From Felis catus (lineage: Eukaryota): a stretch of 64,000 bases of DNA. The stretch covers positions 188,048,001 through 188,112,000 of the forward strand of contig NC_058368.1 in NCBI RefSeq assembly GCF_018350175.1, read 5' to 3'. The notes under the pieces are model-generated. The model was not told where the DNA came from. It was given only the letters and a program-made list of their open reading frames with translations, and searched no databases. Below, piece after piece: positions 1 to 12,265 of this stretch (the first letter of the stretch is position 1; the number at the start of each line of letters is the position of its first letter). Both the position numbers and the translations under genes were made by a program.

Positions 1-516
1 CTACTCTTCTCACCTGTGGACCTCACACTACGTGTGAGTCCAACATTTAAGCATTCCTTTTTTAAAAATACAATATGGTACCTCAAAGCAAACTCACAAA
101 TTCACTTGATGATCAGTTGAAGCAACAGAAACTGATTTCAGGACTAAAGAAAACACTGACTATATTGGATTTTTTGAGAGACAGTATGCCATTCTCCAAC
201 ATGGTCCCTGATGACCATCATTTAGCCATGATTTTTTTTTTTTTTGCTTATGCATGATTTTCAAACACAAATGCTAAGATTTGATTCCTTCAAATTCACT
301 TTGCTTAGACTTCCTTAACATGCTTCAACATGGCATCTTTCCCAAATTTTTTCCCTTCATCCTTTCATCTGTGTTGAATTTCTAGCTTCTTCAACTTCCA
401 TAATATTTCCCTCCACCTTGGTAACATGTCTTTGCTTATAGGGACTTCTGCATATACAAGCCCCCCTTACACAAGTTCCTTGAGGCTGGAGACTACATAT
501 CATTGAATCCCCCAAA

Positions 517-592
517 GATAAATAGATGGATGGGTGGATGGATGGATGTAAAGATAGATGGATGGATGGATGGATGGATGGATGGATAGATA
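517..592 (+). repeat. (GGAT/AGAT)n microsatellite
   Basis: gatggatggatggatgg... seen directly. Confidence 0.9.
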
Positions 593-806
593 CACTGATG
601 AGTTTATAGATTTCAGAGAAAAATCAAATGGAAACTAGCTAAAGCAAAGAAATCCTGTCTACACTTACACTGCTTAATCTGAGGCTGATGCAAAAATTGA
701 GACTCAAATTGACAGGTGACTCTTGTCTACCCTTGCAGATAGCTGGCTTCATTTCTCTGTTGACTAAAATGAAGTCAGGCATCAGGGCCCCCCTTTAAAC
801 CACTAG

Positions 807-847
807 TGCTGGGATACATACGTATTGCTGGGATACATATGTATTGC
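807..847 (+). repeat. 19-bp tandem duplication (TGCTGGGATACATAYGTAT x2)
   Basis: Copies at 807-825 and 826-844 differ by one C/T change at a CpG. Confidence 0.9.
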
Positions 848-859
848 AACTTAGCTTAA

Positions 860-1120
860 ATATCGATTCCTCAAAGAACTCTTTCCTGCAGCTTCCAATC
901 TAAATAAGTCTCTCCTCTGTCATATGTTGTCATGGCATCCTCTTTTTTTCCCTTTAGAGCAAATATCATTGTTTGAAGCTATATTTGTATTTTTCTGGTG
1001 ACTTTTAGTTTAATATCTTTTATACTCTCCCACCTCCTGGCTGCCTTTAAACTCCAGAAAGGTAGGATTCGTGTGTTTCTTAACCTGGTGACCTAATGTC
1101 TAGCTCAGTGCCTGACATAC
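860..1120 (+). mobile_element. L2 LINE 3' fragment
   Basis: Degenerate L2 end: ...tttaaactccagaaaggtaggattc...tctagctcagtgcctgacata. Confidence 0.6.
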
Positions 1121-1134
1121 TACCACTGCTACTA

Positions 1135-1330
1135 ATGTCTAATATTAATTAAATGTGTGTCATGTGTCAAACACTGTTCAAAAGTACTTTACATAAATCA
1201 TTTACTTTCATCTTCAGAACAACTCTGTGATCAGGAACTTTTATTATTCCCATATTATAGGTGAGGAAACAGAATGAGAAACTGGCAGAGTTGAAATTTC
1301 AACCCAGCCATGCTGGTCCCAAAGTCAAGA
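1135..1330 (-). mobile_element. MIR SINE
   Basis: Reverse MIR core: tattattcccatattataggtgaggaaacaga. Confidence 0.7.
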
Positions 1331-1479
1331 CCAGTCACTAAACATTTGTCAGATAAATAAATGAATCATGGTAAATATTACTGTGTGTGGAGGGGCCTTG
1401 GTACTCAGAACTGTGAGGACATGTATACATTTTCTGGGCTCACCTCCTAGCCCATGCAATAATGTCTGCAATAGCTATT

Positions 1480-1900
1480 CTGAGAGTTGATTCTTCAGAT
1501 CCTTCTGCAACATTTCTGGCAATGGAGGCTCACTAACTTTTCTAACTGGACAACTCTAACCATTGGGATGCTCTTCCTTACATGACACTGAAATCCATTT
1601 CCATGGTATTTCTACTTGTGGGTATATATTCTACCCTCAGCAGTTTAATAGAATTTTAGTCCTTTCCACATACCTCTGAGAAGAGTTTCCAATTAGATGA
1701 CAGCTTCCATTCTAGTAATAGTTCCAGCTTCTTGCTAAGCCAGAGCGTGTTGGTAACCCTATTAAACCGTGGTGTCCATATCTGGATACAAGATTTCTCA
1801 GGCATGGTTAATGCAGGGTGGGGTAGGTAAGGTGAGGCTACTCATCTCCATATCCATAGGGACGGATGTGCTGCTTGTTGAACTGAAACTGAGTAATTTC
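1480..1900 (-). mobile_element. L3/CR1 LINE fragment
   Basis: ggaggctcactaac...tggacaactctaaccattgggatgctcttccttacatgacactgaaatc resembles the reverse L3 3' end. Confidence 0.5.
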
Positions 1901-2852
1901 ACAGTGGTAATAAAAATCTCTTTATTTTATAGTTGAAAAGTCTCAAAATAGTTCTGCATGTTTGACATCAGCTGATTTTCTCTACAGTATGACATTTTAC
2001 TTGCATTACTTTTTTGATCAAATGTTTTAGGACATTAGAGCTATAAGCAGTGTGAGAGAGGTACTCTGAGGCCCAGAAAAATTGAGTGGCTTGCTTATGG
2101 TCAAATTAGTAATAAAATGCAGATTTCTTTTAAACTTTGTATTTTCTGGAGACTATGTCCTTATCATGATCTCCATATATCTGCTGTGTTTCCCTACATA
2201 TGGTTCTTTTCAATATGTTAATTGTGGCCAAAATTGTATTGGCATGAACTTCCTGTTGTTGGAAGTATGCAAACTGATAATTAGATGACTTTTGGACAAG
2301 GATATTGTACCATAACAGTTGAGATATCTGATGAGTACTGGTTTACATAATCTTTCAGTCTTATAGTTCTATGCCACCCATAGACTTCCCAGGGGTCAGG
2401 TAGAGGTTTAGCCATAAAGCTTTGAAGAATTCTATCAACCAAATCATTTCTGAAGACAGCTACAAAGCTTCTCACCTAAACTGGTAGAAGCCAACGTTAT
2501 CCTTCAAGACTAAAATACTATGAGAAATATACAGCTCTTTAACACTGATTATCAACTCCTTGTAGAAACTCCCCAAGACCTTTTGTCCAAATCCTGCTAA
2601 TTCTGCACTCTCAGCTTGACTTCTATCCACTCTGAATAGTCGTTCTCAATCCTTTCAGCTAGAATGAGACTTTCCCTCCCACATACCACCCTAGCACTTG
2701 GTATCTTTTCTATAAAACTCATTAAAGTCAACCTTATATTATGTATGTTCTCTTGATTCATTTAGCAATCAGTATTGATTTATGTTTTTGCCTTCCATTT
2801 ATTATTATTGCTAGTCATGTGTCAAACGAAGCACTTTACACGTTTTGTCTTA

Positions 2853-2918
2853 TGTGTATGTATATGTGCATGTGTATATGTGTACATGTGTACATGTATA
2901 TGTACATGTATGTGTGTA
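2853..2918 (+). repeat. Imperfect (TG/TA)n microsatellite
   Basis: tgtgtatgtatatgtgcatgtgtatatg... Confidence 0.85.
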
Positions 2919-5186
2919 TTGTTTATTTACCCTTTGCAATTAGGCATTATAACATCACCATTTCATAGATGAGGAAATGGAACCTTAGAAGTTGTCAACT
3001 TCCTAAGAATACATGGTAAGTTTGTGCCAGAGCTCAGCTTATGAATTCTTTGAGGGCAGAGGCCATGATTCTTTATTCTCTCCAGTCTGTAGCAAAGTGT
3101 TTTGTACACAGTAGGTGTTTAATAATTTTTTTCTTTTGCTTAGTGCCACAGATCCAGAAAATATTATGTCACACTCAGAGTACGAGAATCATGCGGTGCC
3201 AGAGAACCAAAGGCGGGTGGGTATGCTCAGTCCTCAGACTGAGCCAGGAGAGCACTGAGGAGCTAGACTATGATAGGAACTCTGCCACTTTTCATCATGT
3301 GGCCCAGGAAATATCAAAAACAGTGGGCAATGGTCTACATCTTTGATTTCAGTTTTGGGTAAAATGAGAGGTAGAACATTTTTGTTGTCTTAGAGAATTC
3401 TTTCCGAAGAGATTCTCACCTTGGTGGTGGGGTGGGGGGAGCACTTGATAGGTCCACTTACAGTAGAAGCTGATACTCTGGGTAGACAGTATACCTAAGC
3501 AAAGAGGAAGAACTTGTTGCTCTGGAAAGGAAGAGGGAAATAGGAGAAAGGGAGAGAGAGGCAGTGGTAGAACCAGTGAGATGGTGAACCAGCTGTGCTG
3601 GGTTGTGCACGGTATCACTATCTCCAGAATTGTCTGATCTTCAGTGGATTCTTGAAAAGCATAGCAAATGGTTGACACAAATAGATTTCTCTTTGAAAAT
3701 GGGGAAAAGACTGTGCCTTTAGACATGCTGGTAGGAGGGTAACAGTGATTCAGATGGTAAGATTCTTAATACCAGGAAAAAGCAAAGATCTTGAGGAAGG
3801 CTTAAGCCTTTCTCACACTGTGGAACGGGGGGTTCAAGGCAATGTTACTGAGATCTCAAGAGTTTGGTAGGGGAGGGGGAGCAACTGTCTGTCATTTGGT
3901 AACATAGCCACGCTAGCATATGACTAGTTTGAATTAATTGAAAAGAGGACAAATAAACATTTTTGAGGACTAACCCAATGCCAGACACTGTGCTAGGTTG
4001 GACATAATCTCAGGGCTGACTGGGAGAAATTGTGACCTTGACCAATGGGAATGCTTCCCTCACTTGTTCTGCTGAGAATTTTTTCCCAGTTTTGCTTGTT
4101 CCTAAGGTAATTAACTCAGATTATTCTTCTAAGAGGCAGGACCTCAGTTTGAGAGCTTTCTTTCCTTCACTTTGTCCCAACAAAATGTGTCCGTTTATCA
4201 GAAGCTATAGGATTTCTTTGAGAGTAATCTGAATTTAGCCTTAGGAGACCTAGGAGGAAATTTCTACTCTGGAACTTTCCAGTTCTTTGACTTAGGGCAA
4301 AGGATTTCACTTTTTAGGGTCATATTCATTTCGGTTTGTCTCCCTCTGATGATTTTTACATGTCTGTCACCGCATATACCATGACTGGCCTGAGGACAAG
4401 GGATGTTATCTTGTCTGTATCTTTAGTACCTTAGCATACGCTTGGCAGTCAATAAAGTTTGTTGTAGGACTGAATTAATGAATGAACGCATATATGTCCT
4501 TGCTACTTCTGAGAACCTTGAATGAGTTAATGAGTATGAAAGAAGTCTAAAAAAAAACACACCCAAATTTGCTTGCTTATTAGAAACCTCATCACATCTA
4601 GCTGCCATATTAGAAATTATAAAGCTAAGGTTTAAGGCATTAGTATTTGGGAATTAGCTGGTAGGGACTACTTTGTGGGTTTTGGGAAAGAGTTATATTT
4701 TACCAAGGGAACTTAATTAACCCATAAGAATTATGGAAAACATTGACTGGCATATTGAAAAAGAGATTTTTGGACAAAGGGCTCGCTTGACTTCTTTAAG
4801 CAGGGAGTAAAATCTGCCAGCTTCAATCAGCCCTGCAAAGGCCACAACTACAACGTCTTTTCTAAGACTCCTGGAAAGATGCCGTACAGTTGTGACAAGC
4901 TATATCTTTACGTTAGTTTCTGTTTAAAATGAAGAACAATAAGAGGCCAGAAACAAGTGACCAACCCAAAGACCGATTATGGGATTAGTGAGCAGCAGGG
5001 GCTACGAACCGCATGAGTTACGTTTTTTGGGGGGTTTCATGCAAAAACTTCTCTCATTTTAAGTTGCATCTGCTTTGCACGAGTGATTTTTTTTTCCCAG
5101 AGCCCCATGAATGATTTATGACTTTCTGACGCCTCATCCCACAAGATTACATAAGGAACAGAGAAAAACAAGTGATTGAGCCAAAC

Positions 5187-5219
<33 letters not shown>

Positions 5220-6334
5220 CATTTTCAGAAAGTAGATTTTTATCTTGGCTTCAGATAGATAACAGTTTCCTACTCACCAAAAGTGCTTCTTTATGCCAAA
5301 GCGCACCCCATTTATGTGAGGATCTGCCTGATTTCGTTTCACCATTGCCCACACATGACCATCAACATCGTTTGGCCCCAGTGATGTCTTGGAATGTCCA
5401 ATCACCCTGATTCTTCCCTTCTCCCCCAAACTGAACTTTTCAGTTGGATTGTACAAATGGTCTCGTTAGTTTGGTTAATAACTGGACAAAAACACTGATG
5501 GGAGTAATATCTACCAGACCTGTCATTTAAAAAATCATAGGATAGTAGCATTTCGGAGTTTTCAGGGGATGGGGACCATCTGTTTCTACCTGTTGTTTGA
5601 CAGATAAAGAAACTTCTGACAGAGAGCTGAAGTGATAGGTCCAAAGCCACACAGCGAGAGTGCCTCAAGCAGAGAGAGGGACAGAATTCTACCTCAGGGT
5701 AGAGTAGTTCGTGTGAATTTACCAAGAAACTCTCATCCCCTTATTGAAGTGGACGTGTTAACATTGGATGCTATTTTTCACTGCAGGGAATTTGGAGGTT
5801 ATCTGATGGAATGTCTGTTGCTGAGCCAGAGCCAGTCTAGGGAAGGTGGCCAGTGCTCGCACAGCAAGGGCTGGTGTTCCGGGTTTGAGAACCGGATAGC
5901 AGGTGGGATGGGGACAAGGTGCTTCACTGCAGTAGTCAAAGTAGCCACATCATGGGAGGAGGGCTTGTTTGAATCCAGAGGTCTGGATGGGTGGGCCCCT
6001 ATGCAGTTCCCGGTTTAAGTCATAAGTGTAAGAGGACAGTCTGAAGATGAGACCAGTGGTGGGGGCTGGGGAGTGACTGAGGGCAATGTAGTTGGGGTGA
6101 GCTGCCAGGGTGAGGGCTGTGGTCGGGTATGAGAGCCACAGGGGGTGGGAGTGGGTAGGTGAGGCCAACTTCAGGACTGGGCCATGCTGTTTCAAGTTTA
6201 AAGGCAAAGATCGAAATCCCACTACCCTTACCTAAGAGAAAAACAAGTTACAGAAAACAGTGTATAGAGTCTGACTCCATACCTGTGTAAATCTGTCTCG
6301 ATTGGTGGCATGGAGAGTACCGTGCAGTTTCCTG

Positions 6335-6560
6335 GTTGAGAGCACGGACTTAGGAGGCAGAAATCCTAAATTTGTTTTTTGGCTCCACCTTTTACCAGCT
6401 GTGTGATTCTGGGCAAGTCATTTAACCCCTCTTTGCCTTAGATTTCCCAACAACAGAATAAAGTCTACTTTATCAATTTGCTATAAAGGTCTGAGATACT
6501 GTATACATAAGGCACTTAGCACAGTGTCTGGCACATAGTAAAGGTATAAAAAATGGTCAC
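6335..6560 (+). mobile_element. MIR SINE
   Basis: tggttgagagcacggactt...agctgtgtgattctgggcaagtcatttaacccctctttgcct...acagtgtctggcacatagta. Confidence 0.8.
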
Positions 6561-6569
6561 TTTATGTTT

Positions 6570-6745
6570 TTAGTCTTGAATTTTGGAATAAGGTAAACTT
6601 GGATTTGAACCCAACTCTTTGCTTATTAGCTGTGTGCCCTTGGGCAGGGCACAACCTCTCTGAGCCTCAGTTTCCAATCTGTAACATGGAGATAATAATT
6701 GCCAAGTTGAAGGGATGTTGTAAGTATTAAATGAGATAATATAAA
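6570..6745 (+). mobile_element. MIR SINE
   Basis: agctgtgtgcccttgggcag...ctctctgagcctcagtttccaatctgtaacatggagataataat. Confidence 0.8.
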
Positions 6746-9120
6746 AGGCTCAGAGGAAGGTAGTTCTGGGAGACTGGAAACACCAGGATGAGGTGAAAAT
6801 ATTGGATGATGGAGTCAGACATGAAAGGAAAGATGCTCATAAAAACATTGGTGGTGATTTTTTTTTTTTTATTTTCTTCATGGTTAACGTCTGTGTTGTT
6901 TGAAAAAAAAAGTGTGTTTACAGTGAGTCTACTTTATTGAAAAGAAAAGAATGGCTAGTGAATAGCAAAATTTAAATAAACAAAGATAAAGCCTACTGCT
7001 TGTTTTGCAATGCTCTAGTGCTAATGATAAGTAGCTAGAGCCAAAGAAAGGCAAGCTCAGGCTGCAATGGAGGTAGATTGATGTCTGGAGACTTCTCTTA
7101 GGTGGAATCACTGTGGCTGTTTTGGATCAAAATAACCTAAATCACCTTATTGGGCTAAATGTTTTCAGGGTGTAGACATGATCATAGATGGTAGCAGAGA
7201 TCTAATTTTTAGTCAATTGATGTACTGAATTGCAGAGTTTTAGCACTGGAAATAATTTCAGGCTTGCCACGAGGCAAGCTTTTGATGGACCTCTCCCAGC
7301 CTGGGGCCACCAGCCGGGGCAGGGTGGGGATCTGAGAACCCTTCCTGGAGGTGTGGCTGCAGTGGTGTTCATAATGGCTGCCAAATGGTGCCGACTCTCC
7401 ATCACTTCCTCTAATGTGGAACTCTGAACCATAGCGTACTTCCATCCACCAACCTCAACTTCTCTCAGGAATGTGGTTTGCCCAACATGCTTGTTTGCAC
7501 TATTTAGAAGGTCTAAAAATGGGTGTTTAAATCAAGTTCAAGTCCTAAGCTTTCCTTCAGAGGGGAGATTCATTCATATATTCATACAATCCTTTATACA
7601 GCAAAGATTTGATGAGAGTTTATGGGCCAGGCCCAGAGCTATATATCAGTCAATCAATCAATCAATCAATCGAAGAGAGAAGAAAAGGAAAAGTAGGGCT
7701 AAAGGGAAAATGTAGATTACCTTCCAAATTAGTATAGAAAAAAGAGCCCTGGACTAGGAGTTAGAAAAAACTGGTATTTTAGTTGCAGATGTTCTATTAA
7801 GTAACTCTGAGATGTTAGTCATGTCACTTCTCCTTCTTTGGGCCTCAGATTTTCCTGTGTGAAAGTGAGGAGTTTAGGCAAGTTTCCCTGGTTGGAATGA
7901 TCCCTTGAATTTTCCTTTTTGGAGAATAGACTGAGACGGGGTTCATACTGAAGCATTCCTGCCAACAGAAGGAAGGCCTGGGTCCTGGAGAGACTAAGGA
8001 AGAGGGATTTCCCACTTGCACTCATAAATCTGGTAGGTGGCTTTGGCTGTCCACCTGGTTTTCAGGCTGATATCAAGACTGGAAGGCAAGTGGTTGAGCT
8101 GGGAGTTTTTAGTGTTGGCAACGAGAGACCTAGACTCAGAGCGGTGGGCGCCATGCATGGATCCAAACTTTGCTACAGGAGATCCAAAACCTCTTGGAAG
8201 CCAATGCTAAACTCTTTCCTTCCACATCTCAATTTCTTTCTCTCTGTCCAATCTGTGGGTTCATTCCAGTTTAGTGGCCTCAAATTTGGCTTTTTAGCAC
8301 AAACTTGTCCTGTTAAGTTCTTCAGGATTTTTGCTCCTGGCTACCCCCTCAAGATGTGTTTACTTGGCACGCCTTCTCAGGGAGGAGGGGACCAAATTTT
8401 GCATGGGAGAACAGGGTCTGCCTGTCCGAGGTGACAGTTTTTCTGGTAGCAGTGGAAAGCAGATTTGACAGTGGCAATAATGCAAAGTGCTGACATCCCC
8501 CTTGGTTGCTAACATTTGGTCTGGAGTGAGGGGATGTGAATGACAATTGACTTAATCGCTGTGTTCTTGGAGATAGTCCAGGTATCATGACTTTGCAACA
8601 GATCATTCCCCTTTCCCTATCCCCAGTCTTGTGGGAAGAGTATCTCAGCCCTCAACAAGGCCTTCCCAGGTGTTTCCAGAGGAGGGTCCTGTTGACACCC
8701 AGCCAATGCTCAGGGTGGCCCCCCACCCCCTTTGACCAGCTCTTCCGAGCTGCCTTTGGCTTCTGGCACTAACTCATGGTGTCACCAGAGTACATGGCAC
8801 CTCAGTAGTCCCATCTATAAAATGAGGAGGATAAGTTAAACTGGGGCTTTCCACCTTGTGCTAGGAGGCACCCTTGATGTTCCTCACAACTGTGTATATA
8901 TGGTGGGGGAGTGATGGGGATTTGGTCCTTAAATCAAGCAACTCTTTAATCTTTTACATCCTGAACTTTGCTTATAAGGTTTCCTTTGAAGAAAATGTTT
9001 TCTTTGAAAAAAAAGTTTCATAAAACCAATAGAATAAATGCATTCATTTGTGCACTATTGTTTTTGAGCACCAGTTGTGTGCCAGGCACTCCTACAGGCA
9101 CTGGGGGGTGGAGGTCCAAT

Positions 9121-9545
9121 TGTACCAGCTGTCACCAATGCCCCATTCCTACCTGCCCAGGCTCATCCTTCCCTTGTTCCCTAGCTTCTCTTCTTATTGC
9201 ATGTACCTATGACTCTGCCTCAGGGCTTTCTTGGGCTGCAAGCCGCACACTTAGCCGGTGAGCAGGGCAGTGTGGGGATTGATACTGCAGGAGTAGTCTT
9301 CAATTCACAGATGGGAGTTGGTAGAAAATACCCCTTGGGTGGGGGCAACTCTGAGGCATGCTCTCCATCTTTTCCCAGAGGTCCCCGTTGGGAATATGAT
9401 TCAGTTGCTCGTTAACACATCTTTTGGCTGCCTTCCCTTTCATCTTACTCTCCCAGTCCCCTGTGGGTGCTTCCTGGGAACACTTCCCAAATGGACCACT
9501 GCCCTTGAGTCCTTGACTCAGGGTCTGCCCTGGGAAAGGGAAGAT
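9121..9545 (+). mobile_element. ERVL solo LTR, LTR16-like
   Basis: ggggcaactctgaggcatgctctcca...cccagaggtcccc...ttcctgggaacacttcccaaat...gagtccttgactcagggtctgc resembles the LTR16 3' portion. Confidence 0.6.
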
Positions 9546-9580
9546 ACTCCAACCTGTGTTTGTGAAGCTTTCAATTAATT

Positions 9581-9582
<2 letters not shown>

Positions 9583-9617
<35 letters not shown>
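9583..9617 (+). repeat. (GT)n microsatellite
   Basis: Perfect GT run. Confidence 0.95.
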
Positions 9618-9620
<3 letters not shown>

Positions 9621-10266
9621 GCTGATAATGATGGTCCCTGTGGCTCTAGTTTAGTCAGGGAAGCAGAGCCAAGGATCTGAAGCTGCCTTTGACCAGGGTA
9701 AGCCCCCATCAGCCTTTAACCAACTTCCTGATTAAGTTGCCAGATATTTACTGAGTACCAACTAGGAACTGGTCCCATACTGGGCTCTGTGACAGGGAGC
9801 TAAGCATTGGATGGGAAAAGAAAACTTTAAGACCTCTTCTTTAAGATCCACTGGAGTTTTCTAGATTTAGAGAGACAAGAGATATTCCTAGCCTGGTAAG
9901 AGAAGAAGAAACTTACCCATGAACTAGTTTGAGAATCAAAACAAGGCAATAGGTGATGAAGGTTAGTTTGTATTACAATTCACATGTACAAGCTAGATAT
10001 AACATTATTATTAATATTAACCATATATGTATGCGTGTACACACATATACACATGCAAACATACACACATTACTTCCTAAAACTAAAGAATAAGTATACC
10101 AGTAGCAAATGCATACCTGCCTTAGACTTTGGAGACAGAGAGGGGTTTGGTTCCTTAAGAAGGCTGGTCTGCAGAGCACATCTGATTAGGGGTAGGGGAT
10201 CCTCTCCAGCAGGCAGACCACAGAAGTCAGGGAGTATTGGGTGTTGTGTTCCAAAGTGCAGTGCCA

Positions 10267-10476
10267 GGGTGCCTGGGTGGCTCAGTCAGTTAAGTGTCCG
10301 ACTCTTGACTTCGGTTCAGGTCATGATCTCACGGTTCATGAGTTCAAACCCCTCATCAGGCTCCAGGCTGACAGTAGGGAGTCTGCTTGGGATTCTGCCT
10401 CCCTCTCTGTCTACACCTCCCCTGCTTGTTCTTTATCTCTCTCTCAAAGTAAATAGAAACTTAAACCAAAAAAAAA
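10267..10476 (+). mobile_element. Can-SINE (tRNA-derived carnivore SINE)
   Basis: gggtgcctgggtggctcagtcagttaag head, CT-rich body, A tail; TSD CAAAGTRCAGTGYCAG at 10252-10267 and 10477-10492. Confidence 0.95.
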
Positions 10477-12049
10477 CAAAGTACAGTGTCAGCAGCAGAA
10501 TGGTCTAGAATTGTCTTCTGGTTCCTCTTGGTATTTGCAAGTGAAACTCCCCTGGGAGAGGATGTAGCCACTTAAAGAAGCCAGTGCCAAAGGGCATTGT
10601 TTTCCCCTGAGCTGCACGGGCTTGGACCTTCATTACACATAGGCTGTTGTGTTGGACTTTCTCCTTCAGCAGTCACCTTGGCTCATGGTGCTGGCTGATT
10701 AAGTTGTATGTTTCATCAGCCCAGTCAGGAGTGCAAAACTGTTATGTGAGAAACTTTGCTAAGTTGCAGGAGAATATGAAGTCTCTGTTGCCTGGCACTC
10801 AAACAATTGATCTATTTGTTTAAATAAAACGGGTCAATTCGTTTAACGAAAACAAAGCCAAAGTGCTGGTTGTTTGGCATGATGAAGACAAAACCACTGT
10901 CTTAGAGAGGAAGTCCTCATCTTTCACCAGTCAGCACAGATGCCCTATAACCATCCTTGGTCAAATTTTTTTCCTTTCCCTTTTTATTTTTAATAAAATA
11001 AACTTCTGGATTCAACAGCTCAGATCCTAGTTGGCTAGAAAAGATCTCTTTCCTTCTCTTGGCTCTCCCACCTCTTCTGTCAGAGAGATTATGAACTAGC
11101 AGGCGGCCAGTTGCTGGAGCAGTGGAGGGGCTAAAGTGGATGGAGAGGGGCTCTGCAGCCTGTCTTCGTTTCCTCAGGCCAAAGTCTGAGCCCCAGCCCA
11201 GCTACAACAGTGCCTCCAGGCCAAGAAGCTATCCCCTTCCGCCATTGAGCTAAGAAGAGGCCCAGCCCAGCTGCCAAACAGTATGGAGTTCCTGGGGGGT
11301 GGGGTTGATGGGTGCCCATGGTGTGAGACCTGGAATCTCCTGAGGGTCTGGACAGTCCCCTTGTACAGCTCAACTTGGTTTAACTCAGTTCCTGCAGTCT
11401 TCAGAGGCCAGCCCCAAACACTAGGTCCAGCTTTCTTCATCATTTGGCTCCTCAGTGATCAGCTTACTCTAAACTTTGACAGACAGTGAGGAGGCATCTC
11501 CCTTCAGGTTAGTAGCATAGTGGGGACCAGAAGCTCCTGCCTTCCATCAGGCTTTCTGTTGGTCTAGTGACAGGGGGAATAACTTCTAAGGGAATTGGGT
11601 CCTAAAATGAGCACACAAGGAGAAAAATTGGGCGTGGTAGAAATTCCCCTTGAACGTCTCTCGGAAGGACTTGCCCTTGTTGGAATCTGAAAGAGTCAAA
11701 ACACAATCATTTTCCTCCAGGAATTTGGCTGGACCATTTCTGCTTCTTGGTGCCTCAGATGTCACGGCTGGCTTACTTTTGGATGAAATGAAAAAGTGTA
11801 TCTAGAGTCGCTCTGTGTGCAGTGGTGATGATGTTATAAAAGGTGGCAGTGGGCTGACCGTCAGAGCACAGCTTCTATCTGACACTCACCTTGGGGTCCA
11901 TGGTCAGTGGTTAAAAGGACAGCCCAAACACCTATACTTTTGGGTGACTTCTCTCTCTCTGGTTGTTTTGCTTCCTTGCTTGTTTGAACATATCCAGCTG
12001 ACTTTGTGTAAGTTTCATGTAGCCGTAGGGAGAATCCACTTTATATCAC

Positions 12050-12265
12050 AGTTAAGAGCAAGAACTTTGGAGTTGCACTGATGTGGATTCTAATTTGGAC
12101 TCTGCCCCCGTCTTGTGATCTTGTGCTGTTTACTTAATTCTTTCTGTACTTCTTTCCTCACCTCTATAATGGGAATAATGATACCTCATAGGGTTCTTGA
12201 GAGATTCAAATGAGAAAACATGTGCAAAGTGCTTGGCACAGGGCCTGGCTCGGACACTCAGTCAG
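12050..12265 (+). mobile_element. MIR SINE
   Basis: gttaagagcaagaactttggag...ttcctcacctctataatgggaataatgatacctcataggg...gcttggcacagggcctggc. Confidence 0.75.

Noticed and set aside
9984..10508. 174-aa ORF
   Set aside because: It reads through low-complexity (CA/TA) sequence and a Can-SINE.
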